A stretch of DNA of 64,000 bases from NCBI RefSeq assembly GCF_009914755.1, contig NC_060935.1. One strand, written 5' to 3'. How positions within the stretch are numbered: position 1 is the stretch's first letter; every line of letters starts with the position of its first letter. This stretch comes from the human T2T-CHM13v2.0 reference genome, Homo sapiens. The notes beneath the pieces were generated by a model that worked only from the letters and a program-made list of their open reading frames with translations, was not told the DNA's origin and searched no databases. A program made the position numbers and the translations under genes. Of the stretch, positions 43,691-58,559 are shown piece after piece.

Positions 43691-44714
43691 AAAATAAATT
43701 GATGATAGAAAATAGTTGGAAGGAAATAACACTAACCAAACTGTGTAACATCACAGATGTCTTTTGGAATCTTTTTCTTTGTCTTACATTGTGGAATCAC
43801 TCCAGCCTGTTGCTAGCCACAGAAATGCAGACTCCAGGGCAAACTCTGTAGCTGTCACACAGCACAGTGTCCTTTCACAGATAATCCTAAATGCATACTT
43901 TCTGTTCCGACTAGTCATAGGATATAGATCTCAAGCGAGTCCATCCTCAAGAGCAGCACAAACTCATCCTCAGTTAAATCTCTTGGTGTCTTATCAATAA
44001 AAGTAATGGTTCCAGTTCCAGGCAGTGCACCAGAGTACATGCCATCTGAAGGAAGATTGTCCTGTCTCCTCTGACCTGTGGTTGCGTCCAACACACAGCT
44101 GATCCACTCAACCAAAGCCTTCATCAGATCTTTTTGTGGATTCTCACAACTTGCTCACATTTCTTCCTTTGTTTGCTGATCTTCATACTTAATAACTTGA
44201 CGCAGAAATGTATTTTGTTCTAGAATAGACAAATAATCAATAAAAAGAAATATCTAAGAGCCTAAGATGTGACAAATCACTTTCTTTGAACTATTGAAGC
44301 CCCACAGAGCTATCTGAGAGCATTAAGTACTCGTTCATCAAGGTTGACATAAATTACCAAGCCTGTCTGAAATAGCTCATTAGCCCTTTCTGCCTGCTTC
44401 CAAGGGAGACCTGCCTCCATCAGTCTGACAGTATTCTGTGTGAGTGACACGAGACACATCGATTCATGTTTTCTTTTTAACTGATTCCCATTGTCATTGA
44501 CCTGATTGCCCTTTCATTATGCAGGGCAAAGCAAGAGCGGGCACACTGGCCACTGATAACTGATCCTTGGCACTTTGAAAATAACTAGATGGTGGGAGTG
44601 CCACCCTCCTCTGCTCCCATCAAGTATTTTTGCCAAAAAACAAAAACAAAAACAAACAAAAAACAAAAAAAAAGCTTCAGTCAGATCATGCTTCCCGATT
44701 TAGTTGTAGTAGTT

Positions 44715-45000
44715 TATGGGAAATCCAGGGCACATAGCAACGTGTTAAACACACCATGAGGAGACAACCAGCAAAATCCAAAATGCAGGAAACCCTGAAG
44801 GACAAATGATTTGGTAGTTTGGAATAAATTACAAGAAAAAGAGATGAAGAATGTTTAGATTGAAAGAGATTTCAGAGGCTATCCATCAAATGCAATGAGT
44901 GGATGTTATTTGAATCCCGATTCAAGCAAAGTGCGAACAAAACGTATGAGACAAATGGGGAAATTTGTACACTGAATAATTGATGATATTACAGGATTGT
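44715..45000 (+). mobile_element. Ancient L1M (L1MC/ME-like) 3' fragment
   Basis: aaatgcaatgagtggatgttatttgaatcccgattcaagc...gagacaaatggggaaattt...tgatgatatta. Confidence 0.6.
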
Positions 45001-46659
45001 CAACAACAAAAAACTCAAAGTATAATAATAAAAAAATAAATTTAAAAAGATAAAAAATTCAAAATAAAGAAGTTTAAATACATCAAGTCTATCGTCTAAG
45101 ACATATATATTCTCAGAATCTATGAGAGCCTCTGGGTCATTTAATGGCATTGTTTTATAGCCTAAAATCAGGCCTAAAAGATGTTATTATTTCACGTCAT
45201 TTCAAACTTTGGCCTTCACTGTTATATGGTACTTCTCACTGTGTAAGATTTCTAGACACTCCACTGTCCTAGAAAATAAAGAACAGCAGAAGAGGTGACC
45301 CTTGAGGAGACAGGTTAACACAGATCCAAGTAGAGTACCAGGACAGTAGCTTAGAAATGCAGAGATGTCCTGCTTGTGGATGGTAATATGCCCTTGAAAT
45401 CAGATGTTCTCTAAAAAGAAAGCCAAACAAAACAAAGCAATGTCATGAAGCCCATTTCCCATTATTTTTCCTATATTTTATATAGGAAAAATTCCCAACA
45501 TATTTCTAAAATATAATTGAAATACAGAAAAAATACTTAGCCTATAACCCCATGATTATCAAAACAATATAGTTGTTAAAAAAGAAGCAATTACATTTTA
45601 TGCAGTAGCACTTTTATTTCCATTGCAATTACTTCCTCATTTGCTTTGCTTACTTCCCCACAATTTTCATGAGTAATTTCTTGTGTTTGGGGGCTCACAT
45701 TGTATTATTCTTGGCAAAAACCTTGCAACAATATGAAAGCTATTCAGAACAAGTGCCCAGTGGCAGAGGGTGGCTCACCTTGAGTGTGACACTGTGATGC
45801 CTTCTTAGAATCAGACATATCCAAATTACATATCTTGTTTGTTGACACTCACCAGACTTTATAGTTTTCGAACATTTATCATGATTTTGACATTCTACTA
45901 ATTGTGTTTTGGAATACAACTCAAGACTTTTCCTAAACATCATTTTGTTTGAAATGTTATATTGTGTCTAGGGACAAAAATATACAGTTTTTGATGCAAA
46001 TATAGGCTGAAAAATGTTGCATTGATATTTTTGTAGGATCCATGAGTTTTGGATATTAAAAAGTAAAAGGTAGTATTCCGTCGGGAAATATCCACTCAGA
46101 AAACCCTCTATAGGGCATTCTTGTACAATATTGCCTAGAATTATAAGGAGTTAGTCTCTGTACTAATATATGAATTAATATGAACTTTTTTGCCCCTCAG
46201 CATTAATATTCCATGACTCTATTTCATTTTGGAGAACTGCTCCTCACTCCTTGTTAGTTTGTATTATTTGGGTGGGACTCATCATACCTCTTGACCCACG
46301 GTCAGGCCAATCCTAACACGTTAAATATATGGTCACAATTTATATTCATGGATAGAGAAGTAAATACATGATCCAGGCAAATAAAATGATATTCAATTTC
46401 AGATTTGTTTGTTTACTTGATTTGCTCAGAGTCAGAAAACTACTGTTTAAAAAGCACCCTACCCCACATTTTTTAACCAGACTGCTGAGTAAAGAGCCTG
46501 AGATACTTCAGAGACAGAGAGAGACTGTCTAGGAATGAAGGCAATACAGAGGGATTAAAAACAAAAGTAAGTAATCACTTAAGTCTAGCTATTTCCAAAG
46601 TCAGTTACCCCTGTAGTTTTAGGCTATGTGCTTTTTAGCAAAAGCCATGCCAACTTACA

Positions 46660-47000
46660 ATACCAGGCAAGATGTACAAGCAAGATTATGTTAACAAGTA
46701 AACAGTACAAACCTAGTGGCTTAACAGAACAGATTTATTTCTGGATCACACAATATCTGATTTAGATTAGACAATTCTCTAGGAAAGCTCTCTTCCATGC
46801 AGTGATTCAAGGATCCAGGCTGATTCAACCTGTGGCCTGCAAGGTTACCACTAAAGGGGAAGAGACAGCATGAGGTAACATCTTGTTCTTAAAGGCTTTG
46901 GGCTAGATGCTACACAGATTGCTTCTGTTTGGGATCCATTGTCTAAAACTTGTCGTGTGGTTTTCATGTTCAAGAAATGCAGAATCAAATACTGAGCAAT
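46660..47000 (-). mobile_element. MLT1-family LTR remnant
   Basis: cctagtggcttaacagaacagatttatttct...cagtgattcaaggatccaggctgattc. Confidence 0.6.
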
Positions 47001-47933
47001 ATTAGTTTCGACCAAAAAATTTTGGGGGATATCTTTCACCAAAAATATCCTGATTAATACAGACATATTTAAAAAAATAAATTATAAATATTTTTTCCCA
47101 TAATTCTCTACTGGTAAGAAAATTGATGAAGAAAGGAATGAGGATGAAATGTGATGAGGAAGGTGAAACTGAATGCTTTGGAGAGAATGTGCCCTGAAAG
47201 AAATATTGTATAAATAAGTACCTAATATGATTCATCATGTGGATGTATGCTAGCACTATCTTGTTGCTTTCCAGAAATGATATTATTTGCTCAAACATAT
47301 AAGCAGTATGTCCTTGCACCTCAATATACCACCTCCCAACAACATCTGATAACCACCCTCTTTTATTTCTCCATCGTAGCATCAATCATATTTTGTAGTT
47401 GAGAAATGACAATGGCAGCTTGGGCTCAGCTGTGAGGTACAAGACTCAGTGCTTTCATTCCTCTTTATCAGCTCCACTATCAACTTTGCTGCCATTCAGC
47501 AGCATCACCTGCTTCTCTGCCACCAGGCCATGGTATTATGCAGTTTAACTATTTCAGCTCCATTTAAGCAATAAATATTAGCAAAATTTTCTCTCATTCT
47601 GACTAATAAGACTCAAACTCAGCCTTCATCACCTAACTCCTCGTTCAGTTCAATATCCTTCATTTGGGTTCTTTTCATATTAGGTTCATTTCTGTCAGAC
47701 CTATCTATACACCCTTACCAGACCAATTTTACACAAACACCCACAATGTATTTCTTCATATTATTAGTTGATTTCATAGTGGATATCTATTTTCTACCAA
47801 ACCCAATGTAAACTTCAGTTCCTCGTTTTATTAGTATGGTCCCATCATTTCTACCCAAACTAATGATGCACTCTTTCCAACATTTATCTGTCATTCTAGA
47901 CAAGGCTGTCTCCAAACAATCTTGTGTGGAATA

Positions 47934-48299
47934 CAGATGGCTCCCAACTTCTGATGGTTTGACTTACAATTTATTGACATTACAATGGTGGGTTAGCTAC
48001 ATACATTCAGTAGTGACTGTACTTTGAGTACCCATACAATCATTCTGCTTTCCACTATTAGTACAGGATTTGATAAATTACAGGAGATATCCAACACTTC
48101 ATTATAAAATAGTTTTTGTGTTAGATGACTTTGCCCATCTGTAGGCTAATGTAGCTGTCCTGAGCACATTTAAGGTAGACCAGGCTAAGCTACAATGTTC
48201 AAAAGTTAGGTGTATTAAATCCATTTTCAAGTTAATAATATTTTCAATTTATGATGGGTTTATTGGGACATAACCTCATCATAATTCAAGGAGCATTTG
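47934..48299 (-). mobile_element. MER47A-like Tigger/TcMar MITE, full length (366 bp)
   Basis: TA TSDs at 47932-47933 and 48300-48301; TIRs cagatggctcccaactt / aattcaaggagcatttg. Confidence 0.85.
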
Positions 48300-48544
48300 T
48301 ATTCTAAGTGGGTTTGTCTGCGAGGCCTACTAGTTCTATAGAAGAAACCTGGTTGGGAAGAAACAAGCCTGTGATCCTGTCCCAAAGAATTACAAGCAGT
48401 AGACTTAGATTGCAAGGTGGGTAATTAGCAGTCTAATTAAGAATGTTCAGAGATATGGTAAACTCATTCACCAAATTTAAAGGAGTCTAATATTATAGAC
48501 TAGGTACTACAGTAGGAGTCTCCAGGATAGTGAATTATTTAAAA

Positions 48545-49040
<496 letters not shown>

Positions 49041-49078
49041 AAAGAAAACAAAAACAAAAAACATCAAGATCACAACTT

Positions 49079-49160
49079 GAATATAATTAGATCACTGAAT
49101 TATACGTTTAAAAGAGGGAACTTTATGTTAAGTAAATTATATCTCAATAAAGCTATTATT
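49079..49160 (+). mobile_element. Ancient L1M 3' tip
   Basis: cactgaattatacgtttaaaagagggaactttatg...aaattatatctcaataaagct. Confidence 0.6.
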
Positions 49161-52100
49161 AACGTAATTACATCTCAATTTGAGTACAAACTTCAATGGT
49201 AGATGTACAAGCTATAGTAATATTTCTCACAATTTAGTATAGTGTTTTCTCAAACTTTTTCAAATTATGAAAGTTTCTTAACTTCCAAAATCTAGGGTAC
49301 TCTATATGGGTATTATAATTTCAGAAGTCTAAAATTGGATTCTGAAACATGTACTTTTATTAAGCAATCTAGGTGACTCTATAGGTGTCTCATGGCCCAT
49401 ACTTAAAAAATTAATAGAAATCACTGGTCTACCTAGCAACCAGCCCTAAGAAGAGAAGCTGATTATGGCTGGAGAGATTGTCAAAGTCCCAGTCAAATGT
49501 ATTCTTCAGGGAAAATTCAAGATTTTACAAACTGGAGCAAAATCAAAAACAAGAAAGACTCATTTCATTCAGACTATGAAAAGAGGGCAGATGCAGTGGT
49601 TGGGGGAAATTTGCATCTCAGTAACTACAAAATCACTCTAAAGCTGACCTGAACAATTCAGCTTATCAGACTTTATATAAGGTTTATATAGCAAGGCTAA
49701 TTTGGGGTGCACTTATTCATAAGTGTTATAAGCTAATAACATACTCTCCACTTTGACTGAGCAACTGTAATTGGTAGCTGCCAGCTGAAGACATCAGGGC
49801 TTGCATTTGGAAAAGGCTGGAAATACAAGGAAGGAATAAGAGTGCAAACACCCGCACGATTTCTGCTCCTTACATCAGGAGCTATTGCATGCTCAGATAA
49901 CATCTCCTGATGGGGGAGTGTCCAGAGTCACATAGGAATTAAATAAAGATAAAAAGTGTATGCCTGCAAGGTCGATTGTGGATATGTCCAAGCTGCTGAC
50001 CAGCAAAATCTGTCATGTCAGAGGCACATCTTAGAGAAGATTGATTCTAAGGGGACCTAAAGTGATGCTTAGAACTTCCCAAAAAACAAAAATAAATTGT
50101 TTCCTGGAAGAAGTCAGAGAATGATGCCTGAGGACTAGTATCAGAAATTAGGAAACAGAAACCTGGTTTCAGTCAAAAGGAAAAAGCAACCTTTTTATGC
50201 CAAGGCTGTATCTTGGACAGCACAATATAAGTCATGACTTTAATCAAAGTCATTTTAAAAGTCACTTTTCAATATATGGCATACATTCCCAGCTTTCTAG
50301 CAATTTCTTATTCCTTCTTATCAGGACTTTATAGCAAGAAATCATCTATTCTATGTCGGTTAGCCCCAAATTGTTCTCTTTATTAGTCTATCATGTATTC
50401 ATTTAGTAAACATTTATTGAGCAGGTTATTGTGCTAAAATGACAAGGAAAAATTTCCTGTTCTCAAGGGGCTTAAAGTCCAACATAATTTGTTCCTTTAC
50501 CCCAAATAAATAAAAAATATTTTAGTCAATGACTGAACCATATCTCCTAGCTGTGTCCACTTTAACATCCATCACAACCAGACTTACTGTTGTCTTTGAA
50601 TACTTTTTTGTTAATGGAATATCAAACCCATTTATTAAACACGGGATATTTTTTAAAATATTCCAAGCACTGTGAGTTAGGTTATGCCTCAGTATGGTCA
50701 AGGCTTCTAATCTACAATACTGGAGATGCCAATGCTGACAATCAGTTTGAAGGTTTTTACTGAAATAAAAATACCATTTCTATTAAAAAAATTATCTACT
50801 GAGTATTTAATATTGAACAAATTGGTGTGTTTCATAAATAGAAGTTTCTCTAGTAGATACTAGATAGGATTTCATAGGCAGATTTAATCAGAAGGAGCAC
50901 CTGGGTGTCACCATGTATACATGAAAATGAGATTCAATTAAGTGGGGAAGAGGTTAAAATAGGAGGAAAACTAGCAGTGAATTAGTTGTTCAACATGAAC
51001 AGTCTAAACAAGACAGCCAGGAGATGGAATCTAACTTTTCAATCAATATCAGAAAAACAAGGTACTGAATTGTCTGCCCCTACTCATTATAAGCATGAGC
51101 AGAAAGTTAGGAGTTGAATTCACAATTACATAAATTATTTATTCACTATCTTTGTATTCATTACCATCACCAAAATTTTATTAGGTTTTTTGGTCATCCA
51201 GACAATTTCAGATATGGAGAAAATAGTGGAGCCTCGACACAGTGACAGGCACTATTTTAATAAAATCAGTGTTGATCTCTCTCAATCTTATAGTTACTGT
51301 CATGTTGGAAGCTGGGCTTTCCCAGCAAAGGAAAAGAAGGTCTAACTTCTTATACTTCCTATCAGCACTATGCTTATGGACAAAAACACGTTTGAAGTGT
51401 TTTTGGTAGGACAGCTAGGGGCAGCAATGTACATTTTATTTTCTAAGATCATTAAACCTATCAGATTAATAAGACCCAGTATTTCAAATAAGTGAGTTAG
51501 TCAAATGTCTACTTAACAATTATTATAATACTGGATTGTTACATCAAAACAATGCATGGAATAAAACAAGTTTAAAACAAGTTTTTTTGTTTTGTTTTGT
51601 TTTGTTTTTAATAGGGCTCCCTGGGTCTTTTAAAACCATTGTTCAGACTAGGTGGGTTTTCTTCATTAATACAAAATGAAGATTTAAAGTATCACATAGC
51701 TATATTCTGTTTATGAGACTAAGAATTCCTCTTGTAGAGGTAATTCACAATTCATCTCAAAATGCAAAGGAATTACAAACACCAAATATTATATGCTCTC
51801 TATAGTAGTAACTAAGCATGTTATAGATAAATGTTGTAACTTAGCTAAAACAAGACTAACTAAAGGATTGGTTTGGGACAGTGTCAAATGAGTCTTTGGG
51901 TGGTTTCTGGTGGCTGAAAGTTGCCTAGAAGAAAGAGATGGATAATAAAGTTTTGTAAAGGCCTGTGAATGAAAATGGGTCAGCTGAAAGAGAGACTATG
52001 GTTATTAAAGGAAAGTGGGAAAAAAAAACCCTGGAATTTGAGAAATGTGCCATATCATTTGGAGGAGTGACTCAAATTCAAAAGTGAGGATCAACAGATG

Positions 52101-52429
52101 AACCAAAACAGATTGGTACTGAGTCAAGTGCATATGTTGCCAGCAGTTGGAGGAGGAGCAGATTCTGTCTGGACATTTCTCTGGTTTTAATGTACTAGGA
52201 ACCAGAAACACTTTTGAGCAGCCAGTGGAGCAAAATAGTTACAGAGGCCAGAACTACCAATAGCACTGTATCATGGTCACCTTTCAACCACATTGCCTCT
52301 TTTTTTTTGCTACTACAGCTTCTGAAGTAAATGCATGCCATCTCAATAAGAAGGCCTACAAGAATGGAAAAAAAAAATGAAGCTTCATCCTTGGGTGAAT
52401 TCACTTCCTTCGGAAAGCAAATGCCAAAA

Positions 52430-53520
52430 TGGAATTATACATGAAAGAGATTTAGTAGGGAAAAGCCAGTGAAAAATAAAGAAGAGAGGGAACGAGAGTA
52501 GACAGGGATTGCCTTCAGATAGATGCAGTTTTGATACCTGTAAAGGGACAGGGAAAAGAAGGAGAATGCTGTAGAAAGTCTCATACTGCATTGTAGTTCC
52601 GAGAAAGTCTCTATCAGCTCAATGAGGAGCCCAGATAAGAAATTGCATATTAAAGGAATCCTGCATTTAGCAAAAATGGCCAAAGTCTAGTACCCTTGCT
52701 GAGCTAGTCATGGCATGGGGGATCATGGCTGTGGTGTGAACAATGCAGTGGATTCCAATTAGAATGCAGCTGGAGGCTACTGTACTCCTCACAGGATCTT
52801 CTATCCTAAAGTGACAACTGAGCAGCAAAATTCTGTTGCTGCCATAGTGCCTCCCTTGCTCTGCACAGATCTACTTCTCCATACAGTTTTTAAAGTAGTT
52901 CCTCCATTTTCCCCTTAACGCTCTCTTCATAAAAGGAAACTTTAAAGAGAGGTCAGTAGGATGAACAACATACCCCATTACTACACTTTGCTTTGGGGCT
53001 GCAACGGGTAACCATCTCTCCCTTCTCCTAACCATTCCAAATTTCCATCTCTGTCCTTTGTTATCCATTCTAAATTCCTTTACCCCTGTAGGTCTTAGTA
53101 GCTTACCAGCTGTCACCTAACCCCTCATTTTTAAGGGATCTAAGTGGCTAGTAATCATACACATCTCAGGCTAGTAGAATTTCACATAATTTACAGTCGA
53201 AATTGTACAAGGGAATACTAAAAAACAACCAAGTTGATCACGTGTTCCATACATAGTCTTCTCTGCCTCAAGGTATAAAACAAAGAATATCTCTGGTGTT
53301 GATCAAGATCAACTGTCTTGGTCAATATGGTAACTCTTCTCACCTGAGGGTGGTCCCTACTCACAAAGAGTCCAAAGTTCTCAGGCAGCATCCACAACTT
53401 ATAGTTCGATAAAATCTCCCCTGTCCACTGGCAAGAGTGTTCCTTTAGGGGAACCAAGATCTCTGAACCTCCATATCCCAGACTTTCAGAGATGAGAAGT
53501 ATAAGGTCTCCTGGTGGATC
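52430..53520 (-). mobile_element. ERVL LTR (LTR16-like) plus adjoining internal remnant
   Basis: gccttcagatagatgcagttttgatacctgtaaaggg...gccatagtgcctcccttgctctgcacagatc; degenerate. Confidence 0.55.
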
Positions 53521-54234
53521 AAGAACATAATGACAAAAAAAAAAAGTAAAAAATGGAACAGAGAAGAGATCTAAGAATACATGAAACCACTGACATTTTA
53601 CCAGATCACATTCCTTTCTTGTGCAAGTCTATTTCTACTGTACCATAGAGAGCTCTGAGGTGTACCTGAAACAGAAATTTTGTAAGTTAAACCAGTAAGT
53701 TGTCAAATAAACATCATCAAGTAGTCTTATTTTCTCAGACCATTTCAAATACATACTAAGAAATAAACAGTATAAGATATTTTTCAAAGCATCTATTCTC
53801 AAGGGCTTCCAGGAACACTCATGACCATCCCTCCACCATCAATGTTCCGAAAGGATGATACTAATGGAAACAAGATACGCTGTTTGTTCTTTTATTGTCT
53901 ATCTGCCCACATTCTCATTTTCCCAGAGAAAATATGGCATTTTCCCAATTTACTGCTCAGCATCTTCTGCTTGGAGGTTGGTGAAGTATTGCCATTCCCA
54001 GGGCATCTGTACCCTCTTCCTCCCACAAATGCCAACTCTCTCCTTAGGCTCTGCAGTCATACCTGCTTCTGAGGGTCTCCTCTGGTGCTGATGTATTAAG
54101 TATATATTTCTCTGATCTGAGCCTGACTTAGTAAAATATTTATTTAACACCTCCACTGTAAAGTATTTTCTCTTTCATAAATCCATGCATGCAAAATAGC
54201 TTTAGTGTCTCCTGACTAACAATAAGAATAGCAG

Positions 54235-54490
54235 TGAAAAGATTAGAAAGAGCTATGAACTTGAAGTGAGATTATCTGGTGGGTTGAGTTCTGCTTCAAC
54301 TAGTCAAATTGTCATGAGAGTGAAGCAGTTACTTGGTCTTTCTGAGACTTTTTTATTTGCAAAATGGAGGTAGTAGAAATCTACCAGAGGAATATTTTCT
54401 GAAGACAAAATGAGATAAAAGATTTGAAAGTCCATTGTAAACTCCAAAATGGATTATACATGGAACAGAATGAAATACTAACAATATTAC
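54235..54490 (+). mobile_element. MIR
   Basis: tatttgcaaaatggaggtagtag...aaatgagataa. Confidence 0.55.
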
Positions 54491-56849
54491 TATTATACAC
54501 AATCCAAAGAAGCACATCATTAATCAAATTGTTATGGTCAAAACAAAATGGGAAGATGCTTGAAGTGAGACATACTTTTTGGAATCCTTTGAATCACATA
54601 AATGATTCCCTACTCAGCATATTCTAAGATCAACCAGCTTCATCCTTGGCTCTTACTGTGTGTCACTTATTTAGACTTTAGTCATTTTTTTTTTAATCAT
54701 CAGGATTAATAACTCCTGGTTTAATCATTCCTCAGGGTAATTGTAAAACCATATACAATAAACCCTAAGTAAAACTAAAACATTTTGTACACTGTAATGT
54801 GATGTGCAAATTATAGATTGTGTCTTTATTTATCTATCTTCTTATAGGTTTGACGGTGCTTTCAGAAATCTATCTTAGCTTAGAGCCCTCTACTTGAAAA
54901 GGCTTAAAAGCAGTATCCAATATCATATATACTTTAAATTTGGTATCAGGAAGACTTAAATGAAATATATTAAGTATCAGTCACTTTCTTTCTGTCCCTA
55001 TGTGCTATGTCAACCATACGGTTCCAGGTCAGAGTTGGCCAAAAGGGAAACCTGCATGTGGTTTGGAAAGCAGAAGTGAAGTTGAGACATTACTTGACTG
55101 AAAGTCGTTGCAGTCAGACATGATAAAGGTGAACACAATAAGGACAGATGAAGAGGTACCCAGCAAATCCAAGCTTATCTAGGTTCTCTTCTGCTCCACA
55201 TTCAGCTAGTGCCTGACTATAGTCTCTGCTGGCCAACAGCAATCCCTAGCCCTACATCAGAGACTTCGCTGTAGATCCACAAAAGGGTAGCTTTACCTCT
55301 GTAGAGACAACAGCTTCTTCCAGGGCAGCAATCTCCACAGATCCTTCAGAAGTCACCCCTTTGCTGTCCACCTTGGCTCTGTTCTGTCCACTCACACTAG
55401 CGTATGAGACTGACTGATTAGCCACTATTACTGTAACCCCCCAACTTTCACTTTTCAGACTTCTACTTCCGCATTTTCTCCTACATTTGTGTAAATCTAA
55501 TTTCTAATAAAATTTTTATTTCTAATAGAAACCCCTGATTTCCATAAAACTTACAGTGGTTCTCATTTCTGACTGATCCAAAGATTTCATAATGCCCATG
55601 CCTGCTGCAAAGCTCTGGACAAAGTTGTTTACTATCCAAAGCTAAAAATGTAGTACGAAAGCATTAAAAAATGCAATGTCATTCACTTAAAACCAATAGG
55701 GATATGTCATGTTTTTATTCTAATATATGGGTTTTATTATTTAAAACATGTAGTAGCCAAAGTAAATATTTAATTCCCTTGGGTCCTGTGAAAAACTTGG
55801 AGACTTTTGAGTAACAAAAGACCTTAGAAACTACCCACTATTCCCATAGCAGGTAGATGAGGAAACTGATGTCCAGAGATGTCAAGTGATTTGCATGAAG
55901 TCCCTCAGAGTCAATGACTTGCAGTTCTGTTATAAGACCTCCTAAACTGTTCCCTTAACTGACCATAGAAGAATGCAAACAATCTTATTCAGTTAATCCA
56001 CTTAATTCAGAATGGCTATCTGCTTTAAATAGCTTCCTTTTCCCATACATGATCCCATTCCTTAATCTTCACTCCCCTTTCTCTTTGTCTCCCAAGCTAC
56101 CAGCTTCTATTCCCTGCAATATGAATTGCTTTTATTTTCCTTGACCTAACTAAATACATACTAAGATTTCCTCTCTCCTCATTTTGGACTGAAATACAAA
56201 ATAAACAAGCTCCTAGTTACATCACACATTCAGTGCATTTCTTATAACGTGCTGTATTAGGAATATCCACCCTGTGTTATCTTTGCTTACAGCTTGTTAT
56301 TTCAAAGATAATGAAATAGAAGTAAGTTGATGCAGACTGGAGTTTTACAAATAAAACTATCAAATGAATGGAGCATGGAAATCTATTCAAGCAGAGGAAA
56401 TACACTCCATTATAACAAGATGCCAGTGCCTGTTGATGAGCAACCATCTGAATATAATTGTTAGCACTGAAAGTTTCCAATGCCTGAAATACCTGCAGGC
56501 AGGGTTTTCTTAGGTCAGCATTGAAAAGTTATAGAAATGATGCACTGCTGTCTCAAAACTCATTGGTAATACCACAGTCTTCACCAAAGTTAAACCTTGC
56601 TTTGCCTGAGAAAGGTTTTCTTAGAACACTTTGCCTGTCTTTCACTTTTTCTTTTGCCCATGTTATTCTTAGGATAGCTTCAATTTATTATAACTAAATA
56701 ATGGTAAATTTTATAATTTATTTTAACAGTGGTTGTTAACTACAAATTTAATTTTGCACTATTCTGATAATATCTACTACCTTCTTTATGCCATACTTGA
56801 TGGAAGGTGTTGGGATATGGAGTGAAAGTCCATTCCACTCTAAATTTTG

Positions 56850-56965
56850 TGAGAGCAGGAACCTTGTCCTTCTTGTTCACCAGTAATATACTCTGTGCCT
56901 AGCACTCACCTGATACAGAATAAGTACTCAACAAATAAATGATTTTTATTAATTGAATGAATAAA
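56850..56965 (+). mobile_element. L2 3' end
   Basis: gagagcaggaaccttgtccttcttgttcacc...gtgcctagcac...gtactcaacaaata...ttgaatgaataaa. Confidence 0.7.
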
Positions 56966-58559
56966 TAAAAATTCATTGCAAAATGTTCACAGTCTGGTGA
57001 AGCTAATTATATTGTTTTTAATAAGTGTGATAATAGTGATATAAATGCCTGCTTTCTGGGGCTGAGATGAGGAAAAGTCTAACTGATATGCTTAGTTCAA
57101 GAATTCCACTATGGAAAGTAAATTGGAGCCTTTTTGGCCAGCTTGAGTAAGAAACTCTCCTACAATGAAATGGTGAAGAAGAAAGTCACATCCCATCTCA
57201 ATCTGGCAGAACAAGTGAAGATAAGAATGGGAAAATGTAAAAGGACCCCAGATATGTTGCAGAAAATGCTGCTTCTGGTATTTTTCATTATTCGTAGAGA
57301 CTCCAAAGAGCCAAAAAGAGCTGAGATTCCTGAGAATTAATGGCGCTAAAAACTTAGAGGGACTTTACAGAATAGAAGGAGGCCTTGTAATCTGACTCAC
57401 CGGCCTCGTTGGAGTATATTTAAGCCTCTTCCAAATAGATAAAGAAAAAAAAAAAAAACCTGGCAAAAATCCAGCTAACCAAACAAAATAACACCCACTT
57501 CATTTAATTACCTATATCTTTACTGGCTTTGTCAATGAATAAGTGGTTGGATATAGGAGGAACTGGTAAGACACATAAAGATCTATGTCTTGGGTAAAGA
57601 GGCAGAGAGCAAATCAGTATGTTCATGCTAATGGGCTGCTATAGCATTTTGTATATTTACAACAAGGTCTAAAACTACATACTCTGCCGGTAAATCATAA
57701 ACATTTTAAATTCAGTAAGAAAATCAAGAATATCTGGAGTAGTAAGAAAAATATGAAGCTTAAATCTAAAATTAAACCCACGAGTATAAACAATTCAACC
57801 AAGAGCCAGGTGTTGGATGCAAAATCAACTAAAATTTTAGCGACTTCAGTGGTATTTTAGCTAGCTGAAATCATTTCAGGAGGCTGGAAGGCACAGCTTG
57901 CCATATCCAAGAGATTGAGCTTACATCCCAAACTTAGAATAGAGCCTTTCCTGGTTATGCTGTTGATATTTTAAGAAACATGACAGCCCCATCTGCCATC
58001 CATATGAGAAGTCACTCTTTCCAAGATGTCACTGAATTTATGCCTATAACCCTAAACTAACAGGAAAAGGAAATATCATTCTCCCTCATCTCCTTCCAAG
58101 AAAGGTTTAATGTGCAAAAGTCTAGCACTCTTTCCAAGAAGATAACCAAAGATTTTTTTCTACCAATATATACCAAAGTATGTCAATATCCAAAGAAGAT
58201 AAGAGGTAGAAAAGAGTCTCAATACCCATGTTGATTATTTTTAACCTAAAATTTCCCTGCCAAACCTTCACTAACCACTCCATATGCATTATTTTATTTA
58301 AGCCTTACAATGACTCTAGGAATTTAGTTAAAGGTATAATCATTAAGTAGGTGAAAAAAAAAAAGTCCCTACAGAAGTTAAGGTACTGGTTCCATCCACA
58401 ACAAAGTTACAGAAATGAGATTCAATTCCACATTTTTCTAATGCCAAATTCTATACTCTTAACTATTCTGATATGGTGTCTCTATAATCGCATCACATCC
58501 TTGATTACCATTTCTTCACAGTCTCTCTCATGTGTAGCAAGGTTCCTCATTCTTCTATA

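Noticed and set aside
47002-47385. 127-aa minus-strand ORF, the longest non-L1 ORF
   Set aside because: AT-rich, no recognisable domain or splice structure; within chance expectation.
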